Below, piece by piece: positions 1 to 10,616 of a stretch of 35,044 nt of DNA. The position numbers were made by a program, and so were the translations under genes. Origin of the DNA: Octopus bimaculoides (taxonomy: Eukaryota). The DNA lies in NCBI RefSeq assembly GCF_001194135.2, contig NC_068999.1:49397514-49432557 (forward strand). The letters run 5' to 3'. How positions within the stretch are numbered: position 1 is the stretch's first letter; the number at the start of each line of letters is the position of its first letter. Under the pieces are notes generated by a model. That model had not been told where the DNA came from. It saw nothing but the letters and a program-made list of their open reading frames with translations, and did no database searches.

Positions 1-138
1 CTGTCTACCACATTCACTCAGTAGGCATTGTTCGGCCCGGGGATATAGTAGAAAGCAGTTGTCTAATGTAACACACAATGGGACTGAACTCGAAACCACG
101 TGGTTGCCAAGTGGGCTTCTTAGCCATTCAGCCATGCC
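1..138 (-). mobile_element. tRNA-derived SINE, family B (CORE-like), 5' part, cut by the window edge
   Basis: Reverse complement reads GGCATGGCTGAATGGCTAAGAAGCCCACTTGGCAACCACGTGGTTTCGAGTTCAGTCCCATTG. It has A/B-box-like motifs and aligns with the copies at 12038 and 31724. Confidence 0.75.
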
Positions 139-845
139 TATTTATTCAGTAAAATTATTGTTTTTTTTTTTTTTTACTTAAATTGAAATAAAATAACGTT
201 GAGCATAGACTTTATTGCATTAAGACATTAAGATATTCAGATTATTTTTCATACTTCTTTTCCTTCAATCTGATATGTAAAAAAACAACTCAACGTTTTA
301 ATCCAGTCTCCGGTAGATTTACAGATTAAAAAGACATTTACATAAAGTGTCTTTCCGGAGTTTCAATGCATTAAGAATTCTACGCGCTTAATCTCACGAA
401 GAGGAAGAAAAGAAAAAAGATGATGGAGAAGAAGAACAACAACAATAACAACAACACAAACAACAATATATATGTATATGTCTGTGGAGTGTATGTATAT
501 ATGTAATTATGCATGTATTTGTACACAGACACACACATATATATCTATGTAGTACATGTGTACATATGTATATATGAATACACGATTATACACATCCAGA
601 CATAATATACAGACACTGACATATGTGTTTGAATATTTTGAATTAATATTGTATATTCTTAAAATTACTCCAAAACTATCTTTCAATTCTATCTAATAAT
701 ATATTGATTTTTTTTTCTCATAAATGATATTCAATATATCAGATGTCAATATTGGGCCTGTATGCTATGCTGTATCGTTTACGTATTTTTTTTCAGCTGC
801 ACCAATACCGAAAAATCACAAGTCAAACATGATAGAATATATTTA

Positions 846-1073
846 TTGGGTTGTCAGGAAAGTTCGTGCCGATTTTTAAAGGAAAGAAAAAGGTCAATAA
901 ATACTTGCCATTACATTTTTAATCAACCAAATATGAACCATTTTGTTGCACAATGCGTCTCCATCTTTCCTTTAACTTGAAAATACCCTCTTCCCAGAAT
1001 TGAGGTGGTTTCATGGCAAATAAGTCGAAAGGTAACCTACTATAAATCGGCACGAACTTTCCGGACAACCCAA
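846..1073 (-). mobile_element. Internally deleted mariner (Tc1/mariner) element with 30-bp TIRs and TA target-site duplication
   Basis: TIRs at 846-875 and 1044-1073 match at 29/30 positions (TTGGGTTGTCMGGAAAGTTCGTGCCGATTT). TA lies at 844-845 and 1074-1075. The minus strand encodes FAMKPPQFWEEGIFKLKERWRRIVQQNGSYLVD*, like a mariner transposase C-terminus. Confidence 0.9.
919..1023 (-). pseudogene. Remnant C-terminus of a mariner transposase
   Basis: Translated by hand as LFAMKPPQFWEEGIFKLKERWRRIVQQNGSYLVD*, with the stop at 919-921. Resembles the mariner ending FFxxKxxxFxxxGIxKLxERWxKVVxxNGxY. Confidence 0.8.
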
Positions 1074-1081
1074 TATTTTTT

Positions 1082-1282
1082 TACTATAAGCACAAAGCCC
1101 GAAATTTCGAGGGAGAGGATAAGTTGACTACGTCGGCCCCCAGTGTTTATCTGGTACTTATTTCATCCACTCCGAAAGGAAAAGTCAACCTCGGCGGAAT
1201 TTGAACTCAGAACGTGGCGACGGGCGAAATACTGTTAAGTATTTCGCCCGGCGTGCTAACGGTTCCGCCAGCTCGACGCCTT
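1082..1282 (-). mobile_element. tRNA-derived SINE, family A
   Basis: Shares AAAGTCAACCTCGGCGGAATTTGAACTCAGAACGT...CGTGCTAACG...GCCAGCTCG with many other copies in the window. The B box (GAGTTCAAATTCC) is on the minus strand. Confidence 0.85.
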
Positions 1283-1446
1283 AGAAAGATAGAATATAAT
1301 TATGGTGAACAATAAGTAACTGTGACTAATCCTTCTTGTTTTCAAACATCACGCATTTAGAAATACATTACAGAATGTGTTACCCTTTGTCACGATTGCT
1401 GGGCGTGATTTAAGGAATATTTAGCTGATATCTTCTACAAGCGTGA

Positions 1447-1690
1447 AAGCGCGTAGCCTCGTTGGTTAGAGTGTTGCTCTAACGATTGCAAGACCGGGGT
1501 TTCGATTCCTAGAACGGCAGTGCATTGTGTTCTTGACCAAAACACTTATTTCACAATGCTCCAGTTCACTCGGCAGTAAATTTGTGAGCCTGCGATGGAC
1601 TAGCGTCCCGTTCAGAATTTGTTCCCCTTCTCGAACAAATCTGTGAGTCTGTAAGAAAGAAATTGGATACCGGCAGGAATTGAAACCCAA
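1447..1690 (+). mobile_element. tRNA-derived SINE, family C (CORE-like central domain)
   Basis: A-box-like TAGCCTCGTTGGTTAGAGTG and B-box-like GGTTTCGATTCC, followed by GTGTTCTTGACCAAAACACTT (CORE-like) and CCTGCGATGGACTAGCGTCCCG. Single copy here and the 3' end is uncertain. Confidence 0.6.
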
Positions 1691-1896
1691 CACTGGCGAT
1701 TATAAACACATCAATACACACAACTACTCTTCAATCTCAATACTCTTCTATTCCTCTCTGTCGTACTCAGATGTGGCACATCAAATAGACTCTGCTCATA
1801 ACAACGGAGGCGTGCTTAAGGAAATATTTGTATTTTAATCGAAGAATTAGAAGTCATCTAATCCTAGCTACAAAAATATTAGTGTTTTTCGATTTG

Positions 1897-1939
<43 letters not shown>

Positions 1940-2793
1940 GGTTCTTTGATTTTCTTTTCCTCTTCCTCCTCCTTCCCCCATCTTTTGATTTTTTGTTTGT
2001 TTTGCATCTTTGAAAAATAAATAATAATCTCCGAAGCAAAAATATTCATGGATTGAAATATTCTTTGATGTTGTTGTAGTTCCTATTGTTATTGATGATG
2101 ATGGACGTGGTGGCGCCCACGATGATGATAATGACGAAGACGACGACGACAACGATGATGATGATGATGATGATGATGATGACGAAGGTAATATTAACAA
2201 TGAAGACGATGATGATGAGGTTATTCGTGATGATAATGATGATGATGATGATGATGATTATGATGATGCTGGAGATAATTGCAATAGTAACGATGATGAT
2301 GGTGATGATAATGATTATGATGATGTTGAAGATGATGGTAATAGTAACGATGAAGATGATTATGATGATGTTGATAATAATGACGTTCATGATGACGATG
2401 ATGACGATGATGACGATGATGATGATGATGATGATGATGATAACGACGCGGATGAGGATCTGGATAATACATATGAAGATGCGGATGATAAAGATGAAGA
2501 GGATAAAAAGCAATGGAGTACTGTTATCATTATGATGTGGAAGACAATGATGATGATGATGATGATGGGAAAGAAGGAGGATTATGATGACAAGGCAAAG
2601 GAATTACGATAACGATGGAGATTATATTGTTGGAGAAGATGATGATTCCGACGACGACGACGACGACGATGGTGATGATGATGAAAAAGGTTATACTGCT
2701 GCTGTTGGTGATGATGATAATGATTATGATGATGAAGATGGTGGACATGATGATGACGATGGTGATGATGAAAATGATGATGATGATGACGAC

Positions 2794-2841
<48 letters not shown>

Positions 2842-2862
2842 AATGATGATGATGATGATGAT
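1897..2862. repeat. Compound trinucleotide microsatellite field: (TAC)n then degenerate (GAT/GAC)n
   Basis: Read directly; it explains the poly-M/D/I/H ORFs. Confidence 0.95.
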
Positions 2863-3120
2863 AATTTTTTTTTTTGGCCGAAGATTATGGAAATCCTTTC
2901 GCATCAGCATATGAAGGCAAGATACCAAAATAAGGATTTCTACTTTGGAATTTGGTTCAAACCTTGCTTTCTTGTGCCAACTCCTTTAGTCTTCGTCATG
3001 TTCTTGTCAGGTCGTTGACGTTGTTATTGTTTAGCTTCCCCCTCTTGATTGATCAAGCAAAGCAATTTTCACAGGTGTTTTAACCGTGGCCTTCCCGATT
3101 ATTTGTTTTTACCAGGTATA

Positions 3121-3204
3121 TTGTATTATACACTACATTATCCGATACACCACCCTTTATTTCAATAAAGGGCGGTGTATATGATATTGTAGTGCATAAT
3201 ACAA
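3121..3204. repeat. Imperfect 84-bp palindrome (41-bp arms, 2-nt spacer)
   Basis: Arm 3121-3161 matches the reverse complement of 3164-3204 at 36/41 positions. Confidence 0.9.
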
Positions 3205-3326
3205 TACATATTATCAGACGGGTAGTCATGATGGGTATAATGGGCTTCGTATATTTTACCCCAGTGTCACTTTGATGGCATGCACTGCTCTCTCACTCAA
3301 TAATAATAATAATAATAATAATAATG

Positions 3327-3363
<37 letters not shown>
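3205..3363 (+). mobile_element. Candidate 3' end of a non-LTR retroelement with an (AAT)n tail
   Basis: Complex sequence ending ...GCACTGCTCTCTCACTC runs straight into a pure (AAT)n tract at about 3299-3363. No ORF homology seen. Confidence 0.35.
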
Positions 3364-3364
<1 letters not shown>

Positions 3365-3370
3365 CTTTTC

Positions 3371-3543
3371 TACAATGGGCATGAGGCGTGAAATTTTGGG
3401 GGAGGGGGCCAGTCGATTACATCGACCCCGAATGGATGAAAGCCAAAGTCGACCTCGGCGGAATTTGAACTCAGAACGTAGCGACAGACGAAATACCGCT
3501 AAGCATTCCGTCCAGCGTGCTAACGATTCTGCCAGCTCGCCGC
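3371..3543 (-). mobile_element. SINE family A with an internal deletion
   Basis: Aligns to the copy at 19581-19791 but lacks the segment between the two ATCGAC motifs. Confidence 0.85.
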
Positions 3544-4099
3544 TGATGTTGATGTTGATGATGATGATGATGATAATGATGATGACGATGATGATGATAT
3601 AATCCCTGTGGCCGACTAATCTCCGCGAATAAATCAAAGGAATTTACACACCAATTAACCAAAGCTCATTGTCAAAAATAGCACAAGAAACAAAGAATTT
3701 GGTATCTTTTGGGATACGTTTTAACGTTCATTTTCTTCTCCTTTTAGCATAATTCTATTCCTCGATCCACTGCGATTTATAAAAAAAAAAACAAAAAAAC
3801 ATCTCGAAATTTTCCGGTCGGATAATATATATAGTCTTATATTAAATTATGTTCTTTGGCGAGGTTATCTTTTACTCTGTATAATGATATTTCGAGATAG
3901 ATATAATCTGAGTTTTGTTTATTGTTGTTTTTGACGGACAAAATATCTTGACGGAAAAATCCGATTATCTCTAGTTAGCAAAATGTCAGTATGTTTGACT
4001 GAACGTGTGTGTATACGCAAACTCTCTTCCCTCTCTCTCTCTCCCGTTCTTTCTCTGTCTCTGTCTCTGTCTCAAATACATGCGCGGACACACACTTTT

Positions 4100-4184
4100 A
4101 ATACACACACACACACATGCATATATATATATATACATTTATACACACATATTCATTTTTCCTTTAATATATATATATAAATAT

Positions 4185-4231
<47 letters not shown>

Positions 4232-4919
4232 NNNNNNNNNNNNNNNNNNNNNNNNNNNNNNNNNNNNNNNNNNNNNNNNNNNNNNNNNNNNNNNNNNNNN
4301 NNNNNNNNNNNNNNNNNNNNNNNNNNNNNNNNNNNNNNNNNNNNNNNNNNNNNNNNNNNNNNNNNNNNNNNNNNNNNNNNNNNNNNNNNNNNNNNNNNNN
4401 NNNNNNNNNNNNNNNNNNNNNNNNNNNNNNNNNNNNNNNNNNNNNNNNNNNNNNNNNNNNNNNNNNNNNNNNNNNNNNNNNNNNNNNNNNNNNNNNNNNN
4501 NNNNNNNNNNNNNNNNNNNNNNNNNNNNNNNNNNNNNNNNNNNNNNNNNNNNNNNNNNNNNNNNNNNNNNNNNNNNNNNNNNNNNNNNNNNNNNNNNNNN
4601 NNNNNNNNNNNNNNNNNNNNNNNNNNNNNNNNNNNNNNNNNNNNNNNNNNNNNNNNNNNNNNNNNNNNNNNNNNNNNNNNNNNNNNNNNNNNNNNNNNNN
4701 NNNNNNNNNNNNNNNNNNNNNNNNNNNNNNNNNNNNNNNNNNNNNNNNNNNNNNNNNNNNNNNNNNNNNNNNNNNNNNNNNNNNNNNNNNNNNNNNNNNN
4801 NNNNNNNNNNNNNNNNNNNNNNNNNNNNNNNNNNNNNNNNNNNNNNNNNNNNNNNNNNNNNNNNNNNNNNNNNNNNNNNNNNNNNNNGTGAAATTTAATT
4901 TAATTTTAATTTTTATCCC

Positions 4920-4987
<68 letters not shown>

Positions 4988-5105
4988 AATATATACATAC
5001 ACACACACATATATATATACACACATATATATATATATACACACATATATATGTATACATTTATACATACATATACATATACAGACACACACACACATAT
5101 ATATG

Positions 5106-5141
<36 letters not shown>

Positions 5142-5250
5142 TATATATTTATACACATGTACATATATCTATGTATACATACAATAATACATGCATTCAT
5201 ATATACATACATACATACAGAGAGACAAATATACATACATACATATGCTT
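4100..5250. repeat. (TA)n, (CA)n and (ATT)n microsatellites flanking an assembly gap (4232-4887)
   Basis: Read directly. Confidence 0.9.
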
Positions 5251-6342
5251 ACACGAAAACAAATATGAGTAGATAGAAAGAAATACAGACGCTTTGAAGT
5301 TGCTTATGTGTTCGGAGAGTCCTCTTCGCATACATACATATACTCGCAACACACACTGTAGAATCATATTGCAAATAAATCTCAATTTTCAATGGAATGA
5401 AACCAGAAATATCGAAATACCAAAATATGAAGAAGAAGGAAAAGGTTGAAGTTGAAGATATTTCTTAATATGAAACATTCTAATACGCATTGAAATGCTG
5501 TGTGTGTGTGTTTAAGATGAAGCAATACAGATTTATTATCGATGACATAAATAGATATTAAAGAAAAAGAGGAAAGCGAGCGAGCGAGAAAGAGTGAAAG
5601 AGAGAGAGAGAGAGAGAGGGGAGAAAATGAGAAGAGAGTGTATGGGAATGTATTTCTGTCGTCTGCAACTGTGTGTGGAAAAGCGACGAAAAAATCTCCA
5701 TTCGATGGTCGTAATAATTAAACTATAAATCAACTAACAACGCATATATACGCAGAGTTCTAAAATTCTAAATCGAGACGTTCGAAAAATATATTATATG
5801 ATGTAAAAATGAGAAAAGAAACATAATTCTCATGAGGTCATGAACAGTCTATAAATCTGCTTCGGTAAATGGTCTATTTACATAATAGAAACATTAAGTT
5901 GCTTTGCCATAGTCCCTGAAGAAAACACGAAGAGTAATTAGCACTCTGTTTGTTGGATATTACCTTCTGAAAAGAAAACAAACTACTAAAAATCTTGGTT
6001 TGAAAACTGAACTAAGAGTAATGTTCAGGATACACGATACGTGTTCTTTTGTTTTATGCATGATGTAGCCGCCATTTTATAAGTGTTTTTCAAACTCTTC
6101 TATTGTAAAAGATTGGATGTTTTTCAAGTTCATTCTGTCACGTTTAATTTTTGTTTTTTAATTTCAGTTTTCATTCGTAATTCATTTTAAACTTTTTTTT
6201 TCACATATTCATCATTAAACACATCTGCCTGGTTCTGGTTAAGAATTTAGTTGTTCCTAATTAAATTTCATTGTTCGGTAACTTGAGAATGTGTATGTGC
6301 ATGTATGTATATACACATATACATATGTGTGTTGTTCTATAT

Positions 6343-6504
6343 TTAAGAGATGAGGAATTATGTACATTATTTACATTATTTACAATTGACGGATATTTGT
6401 CCTCATTTTGTTTGTTCTTAACACAACGTTTCGGCTGATATACCCTCCAGCCTTCATCAGGTGTCTTGGGGAAATTTCGAACCTGGGTTCTCATTCCTAA
6501 GGTA
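6343..6504 (-). mobile_element. Penelope-like (PLE)-type terminal fragment or non-autonomous repeat carrying a minimal hammerhead
   Basis: Contains CTGATGAAGGCTGG...CAGCCGAAACGTTG on the minus strand, the hammerhead layout typical of PLE pseudo-LTRs. Boundaries are set by flanking SSRs. Confidence 0.6.
6420..6465 (-). ncRNA. Minimal type I hammerhead ribozyme motif
   Basis: Minus strand: GACAC CUGAUGA A GGCUG GAGGGUAUAU CAGCC GAA AC GU U GUGUU. Stem I GACAC/GUGUU, stem II GGCUG/CAGCC, palindromic loop-less stem III ACGU. Predicted cut after GUU, between 6425 and 6424. Confidence 0.8.
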
Positions 6505-6564
6505 TTCTTCTTCTTCTTCTTCTTCTTCTTCTTCTTCTTCTTCTTCTTCTTCTTCTTCTTCTTC
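6505..6564. repeat. (TTC)n microsatellite running into a gap (6565-6963)
   Basis: Read directly. Confidence 0.95.
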
Positions 6565-7431
6565 NNNNNNNNNNNNNNNNNNNNNNNNNNNNNNNNNNNN
6601 NNNNNNNNNNNNNNNNNNNNNNNNNNNNNNNNNNNNNNNNNNNNNNNNNNNNNNNNNNNNNNNNNNNNNNNNNNNNNNNNNNNNNNNNNNNNNNNNNNNN
6701 NNNNNNNNNNNNNNNNNNNNNNNNNNNNNNNNNNNNNNNNNNNNNNNNNNNNNNNNNNNNNNNNNNNNNNNNNNNNNNNNNNNNNNNNNNNNNNNNNNNN
6801 NNNNNNNNNNNNNNNNNNNNNNNNNNNNNNNNNNNNNNNNNNNNNNNNNNNNNNNNNNNNNNNNNNNNNNNNNNNNNNNNNNNNNNNNNNNNNNNNNNNN
6901 NNNNNNNNNNNNNNNNNNNNNNNNNNNNNNNNNNNNNNNNNNNNNNNNNNNNNNNNNNNNNNNTCTGCAGACTAGACTAGTTTCAGGGTGTTGCCCCTTG
7001 TCAATGCAGAGCAGCCAAGCTCCGGCCAGGCGGCGCTACTGACTGTCTGTTCGAAGGTTATTTATCTAATTTCAGTGGAATCTATCCACTGGTTTTCAGT
7101 ATATATATAAATACTCATGTATTGTGTACATTAAATGTAGATTGAAACAAAAATAATATTTCTCAACTAGTTTCAATGAAGTTGCTTGTTTTAGATCTTT
7201 TTAAAGGTGTTTCGCCATCGTCTATTAACAAAATAACCTCTGTGACTGCGTTCAAAGAAAGATGATCATATAATTACTCACGTATTTACTGATCAATGAT
7301 CATGTCAAGTACTATCAGCCGTATTGATTATTGGTAATTCAGAAGTCAAATCAAGGATGCTTTTATTTTGATATCAATGTGATTTCTATTGCAGATCAAA
7401 TTTACACTCTCTACAACCGACAATATATAGT

Positions 7432-7439
7432 TATGTATG

Positions 7440-7473
<34 letters not shown>

Positions 7474-7595
7474 TGTATGTATGTATGTATGTATGTATCT
7501 CTCTCCTTTTCTCTCCCTCTCTCACTCTGTATATATGTATATCCATGTTCTTTAGTCTGATTTAACCATGAGAGGGAAGGGCATACCAGAACATC

Positions 7596-7672
<77 letters not shown>

Positions 7673-7716
7673 TATATATACATATNNNNNNNNNNACGTG
7701 TATGTGTGTCTGTCTG

Positions 7717-7790
<74 letters not shown>
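7432..7790. repeat. (TATG)n, (TA)n and (TCTA)n microsatellites
   Basis: Read directly. Confidence 0.9.
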
Positions 7791-7791
<1 letters not shown>

Positions 7792-8869
7792 GTTCATGTG
7801 TCTCGGTCACTCACACTCAAAGGAAACAAAATAACTGGTCTTTTGAACCCTAGGACTTGGGAAAAATTAAAAAAAAACATGAAATACGATCATTTACTGT
7901 TAGCTTTCAACATGGAACGCATTTCTGTGTCTATAAACTCAATGCTTTAAATCCCTAAATATGCTAATTTGCCACACCTATATTGTTTACAAAGTTTTAT
8001 TTATATTTAGCGATTCTTTCATCCTTAATTCGGCTAGTATTGTGAAATCTAACCTTTTCTAAGGAGGTGTAATAATGCCTAAACATGCCCGAAATTATCT
8101 CCCATAATCATCGAAATGATAACAATAATGTATGTCATTGAGATTACGTTAGCCTCTTCTCACCGCTTTAATATTTCTTCTGGCAAGTTGAGATTTGATG
8201 TTCTGGGTTGAATATGCCTAACGCTAGTTAATTTTGTAGAGCCATTCTAGCAATGAATATCTAACATTAATTAAGCATTGTAAGATGAACTACAATAGTT
8301 TCGTAGTTATCTAAGAAACTACTTACGTGGTACATAAATCTGTGAAGCCGAGACACACGAAATACGAAGTGAGAATATCACTATAAATATGATGAATTAT
8401 AGAACATTTTAGAATGACAGCTGTACTGATAAAAATAATGTATTAAATACGAGTGGATGGAAGATGCTGGATACAAACGAAGCTGTGAATTGGTAGAGGT
8501 TGATTCGTTCGTCAGGAGTAGGCCAAGTAAGATATCTGATCTAAGAAATTAATGATTAAGATAGAGTAGTTAGATCAGATAAATATATTTAAAGGTCTGA
8601 TAGATGATAGAAAAGCATAGAATATCTAAGATGATAACAATTTGATCGCTGGTTGCCCTTTAAATAACTCAACAAGATTATATGTATAATTACAATTACT
8701 ACGAAACCGGCAATTATTTCATTTTGAATGTGCTCTCTTTCAAGGCTATCTTCATTAATGGTTCGAAATAAATTCCTTACGTTGTATAACAGAAAAACGT
8801 TGGGGAGGGCTCCTTAGTAAGTATAGCAACAAATCTGATAAATATGTTTTATGTATGGAATTAAGGCTG

Positions 8870-8950
8870 CAGAAGAGTGCGGGTTTGATTTGTTTGATTA
8901 AAGGCAGTGCTCCAGCATGGCCGCAGTCAAATGACTGAAACAAGTAAAAG
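8870..8950 (+). mobile_element. 3' terminal segment of SINE family B
   Basis: TAAAGGCAGTGCTCCAGCATGGCCGCAGTCAAATGACTGAAACAAGTAAAAG matches the 3' segments at about 30590-30745 and 33600-33660. Confidence 0.7.
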
Positions 8951-8965
8951 GACAAAAGAAAGGAA

Positions 8966-9011
<46 letters not shown>

Positions 9012-9021
9012 NNNNNNNNNN

Positions 9022-9082
<61 letters not shown>

Positions 9083-9271
9083 ATATATATAAGCATAATA
9101 AAGGTGACTAGATGCAATAAGAAGCCAAAAAGGAAGGATTCAATTCTCACTAATGGTGACTGAGGATGCATCGTAGCAGCTACATTGCTAGAAATAAGAT
9201 TCAAAGACCCTGATAGTCACAGACATAGCAGAAGTCTATGTACTGACAGCCAGTTAACCACCCCACAGCCG

Positions 9272-9312
<41 letters not shown>

Positions 9313-9628
9313 CATATATAAAAGACAGTATTGGTTTCGTGCCCAGTCACGCAAACAAATCCATAATACAGACTGTTGTTATCGTATAAATATTTCCCAG
9401 CATTTCTCTTTTTTATGACTCTGTTGTCTCGTTATCGTTCTGTATTGTTGTATGTAAGACATTTCACAGTTATTTGATAGCTGCACGAAGACACGGGAAG
9501 GCAGTTATATGTAATGTATGAGATTATATGGCTATGTGTGAGGTTGTGTGTGTGTGCGCGTGTTTGCGTGCATGTATGGAATACCGTTGAGACATCTATC
9601 ACATAACCTCTGTGTGTATTCTTACATG

Positions 9629-9685
<57 letters not shown>

Positions 9686-10480
9686 GTAAATATGTGTTTC
9701 GGTCCATGTGTGTGTGCATGAGTATGCGAGCGTGTTTGTTTGTATGTTTGCAAGATATGTGTATACGTATAGATGCATCCTTGAATGTATGCATATATAT
9801 ATATATATATATATTAATATCTCTATGTATGTATNNNNNNNNNNNNNNNNNNNNNNNNNNNNNNNNNNNNNNNNNNNNNNNNNNNNNNNNNNNNNNNNNN
9901 NNNNNNNNNNNNNNNNNNNNNNNNNNNNNNNNNNNNNNNNNNNNNNNNNNNNNNNNNNNNNNNNNNNNNNNNNNNNNNNNNNNNNNNNNNNNNNNNNNNN
10001 NNNNNNNNNNNNNNNNNNNNNNNNNNNNNNNNNNNNNNNNNNNNNNNNNNNNNNNNNNNNNNNNNNNNNNNNNNNNNNNNNNNNNNNNNNNNNNNNNNNN
10101 NNNNNNNNNNNNNNNNNNNNNNNNNNNNNNNNNNNNNNNNNNNNNNNNNNNNNNNNNNNNNNNNNNNNNNNNNNNNNNNNNNNNNNNNNNNNNNNNNNNN
10201 NNNNNNNNNNNNNNNNNNNNNNNNNNNNNNNNNNNNNNNNNNNNNNNNNNNNNNNNNNNNNNNNNNNNNNNNNNNNNNNNNNNNNNNNNNNNNNNNNNNN
10301 NNNNNNNNNNNNNNNNNNNNNNNNNNNNNNNNNNNNNNNNNNNNNNNNNNNNNNNNNNNNNNNNNNNNNNNNNNNNNNNNNNNNNNNNNNNNNNNNNNNN
10401 NNNNNNNNNNNNNATATATATGAGCAGGTTTCGAATTACATATATATATATATATATATAATTCACCTTTGGAAACATGG

Positions 10481-10549
10481 GTGTGTCCCTCCTTGCTAAC
10501 GATCAGCCATTTTGACAAAATTGCTGATCGTTAGCAAGGAGGGACACAC
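10481..10549. repeat. Near-perfect 69-bp palindrome centred on 10515
   Basis: 10481-10507 is the exact reverse complement of 10523-10549 (27 bp). After one mismatch, ATTTTG/CAAAAT close around a single A. Confidence 0.95.
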
Positions 10550-10571
10550 ATATAAGAAAGAAGAAAGCAAA

Positions 10572-10616
10572 GGACCACTGATGAGATCACAGAAGTGTGA
10601 CGAAAGAACTCTGGCC
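10572..10616 (+). ncRNA. Minimal type I hammerhead ribozyme motif
   Basis: GGACCA CUGAUGA G(A)UCACA GAAG UGUGAC GAA AG AA CU C UGGCC. The core is complete, G10.1-C11.1 is present, and stem II is UCACA/UGUGA with a GAAG loop. Stem I is GG(A)CCA/UGGCC and stem III is the very short AG/CU. Predicted cut after CUC, between 10611 and 10612. Confidence 0.7.

Noticed and set aside
6964-7045. GC-rich island next to the (TTC)n gap, possibly an RTE 3' end with a (GAA)n tail
   Set aside because: Too short and separated from the tract by 399 N; no motif was confirmed.
9159-9200. CUGAGGA ... UAGCA/UGCUA GAAA
   Set aside because: Seven unpaired bases precede the stem, and there is no stem I, stem III or NUH.
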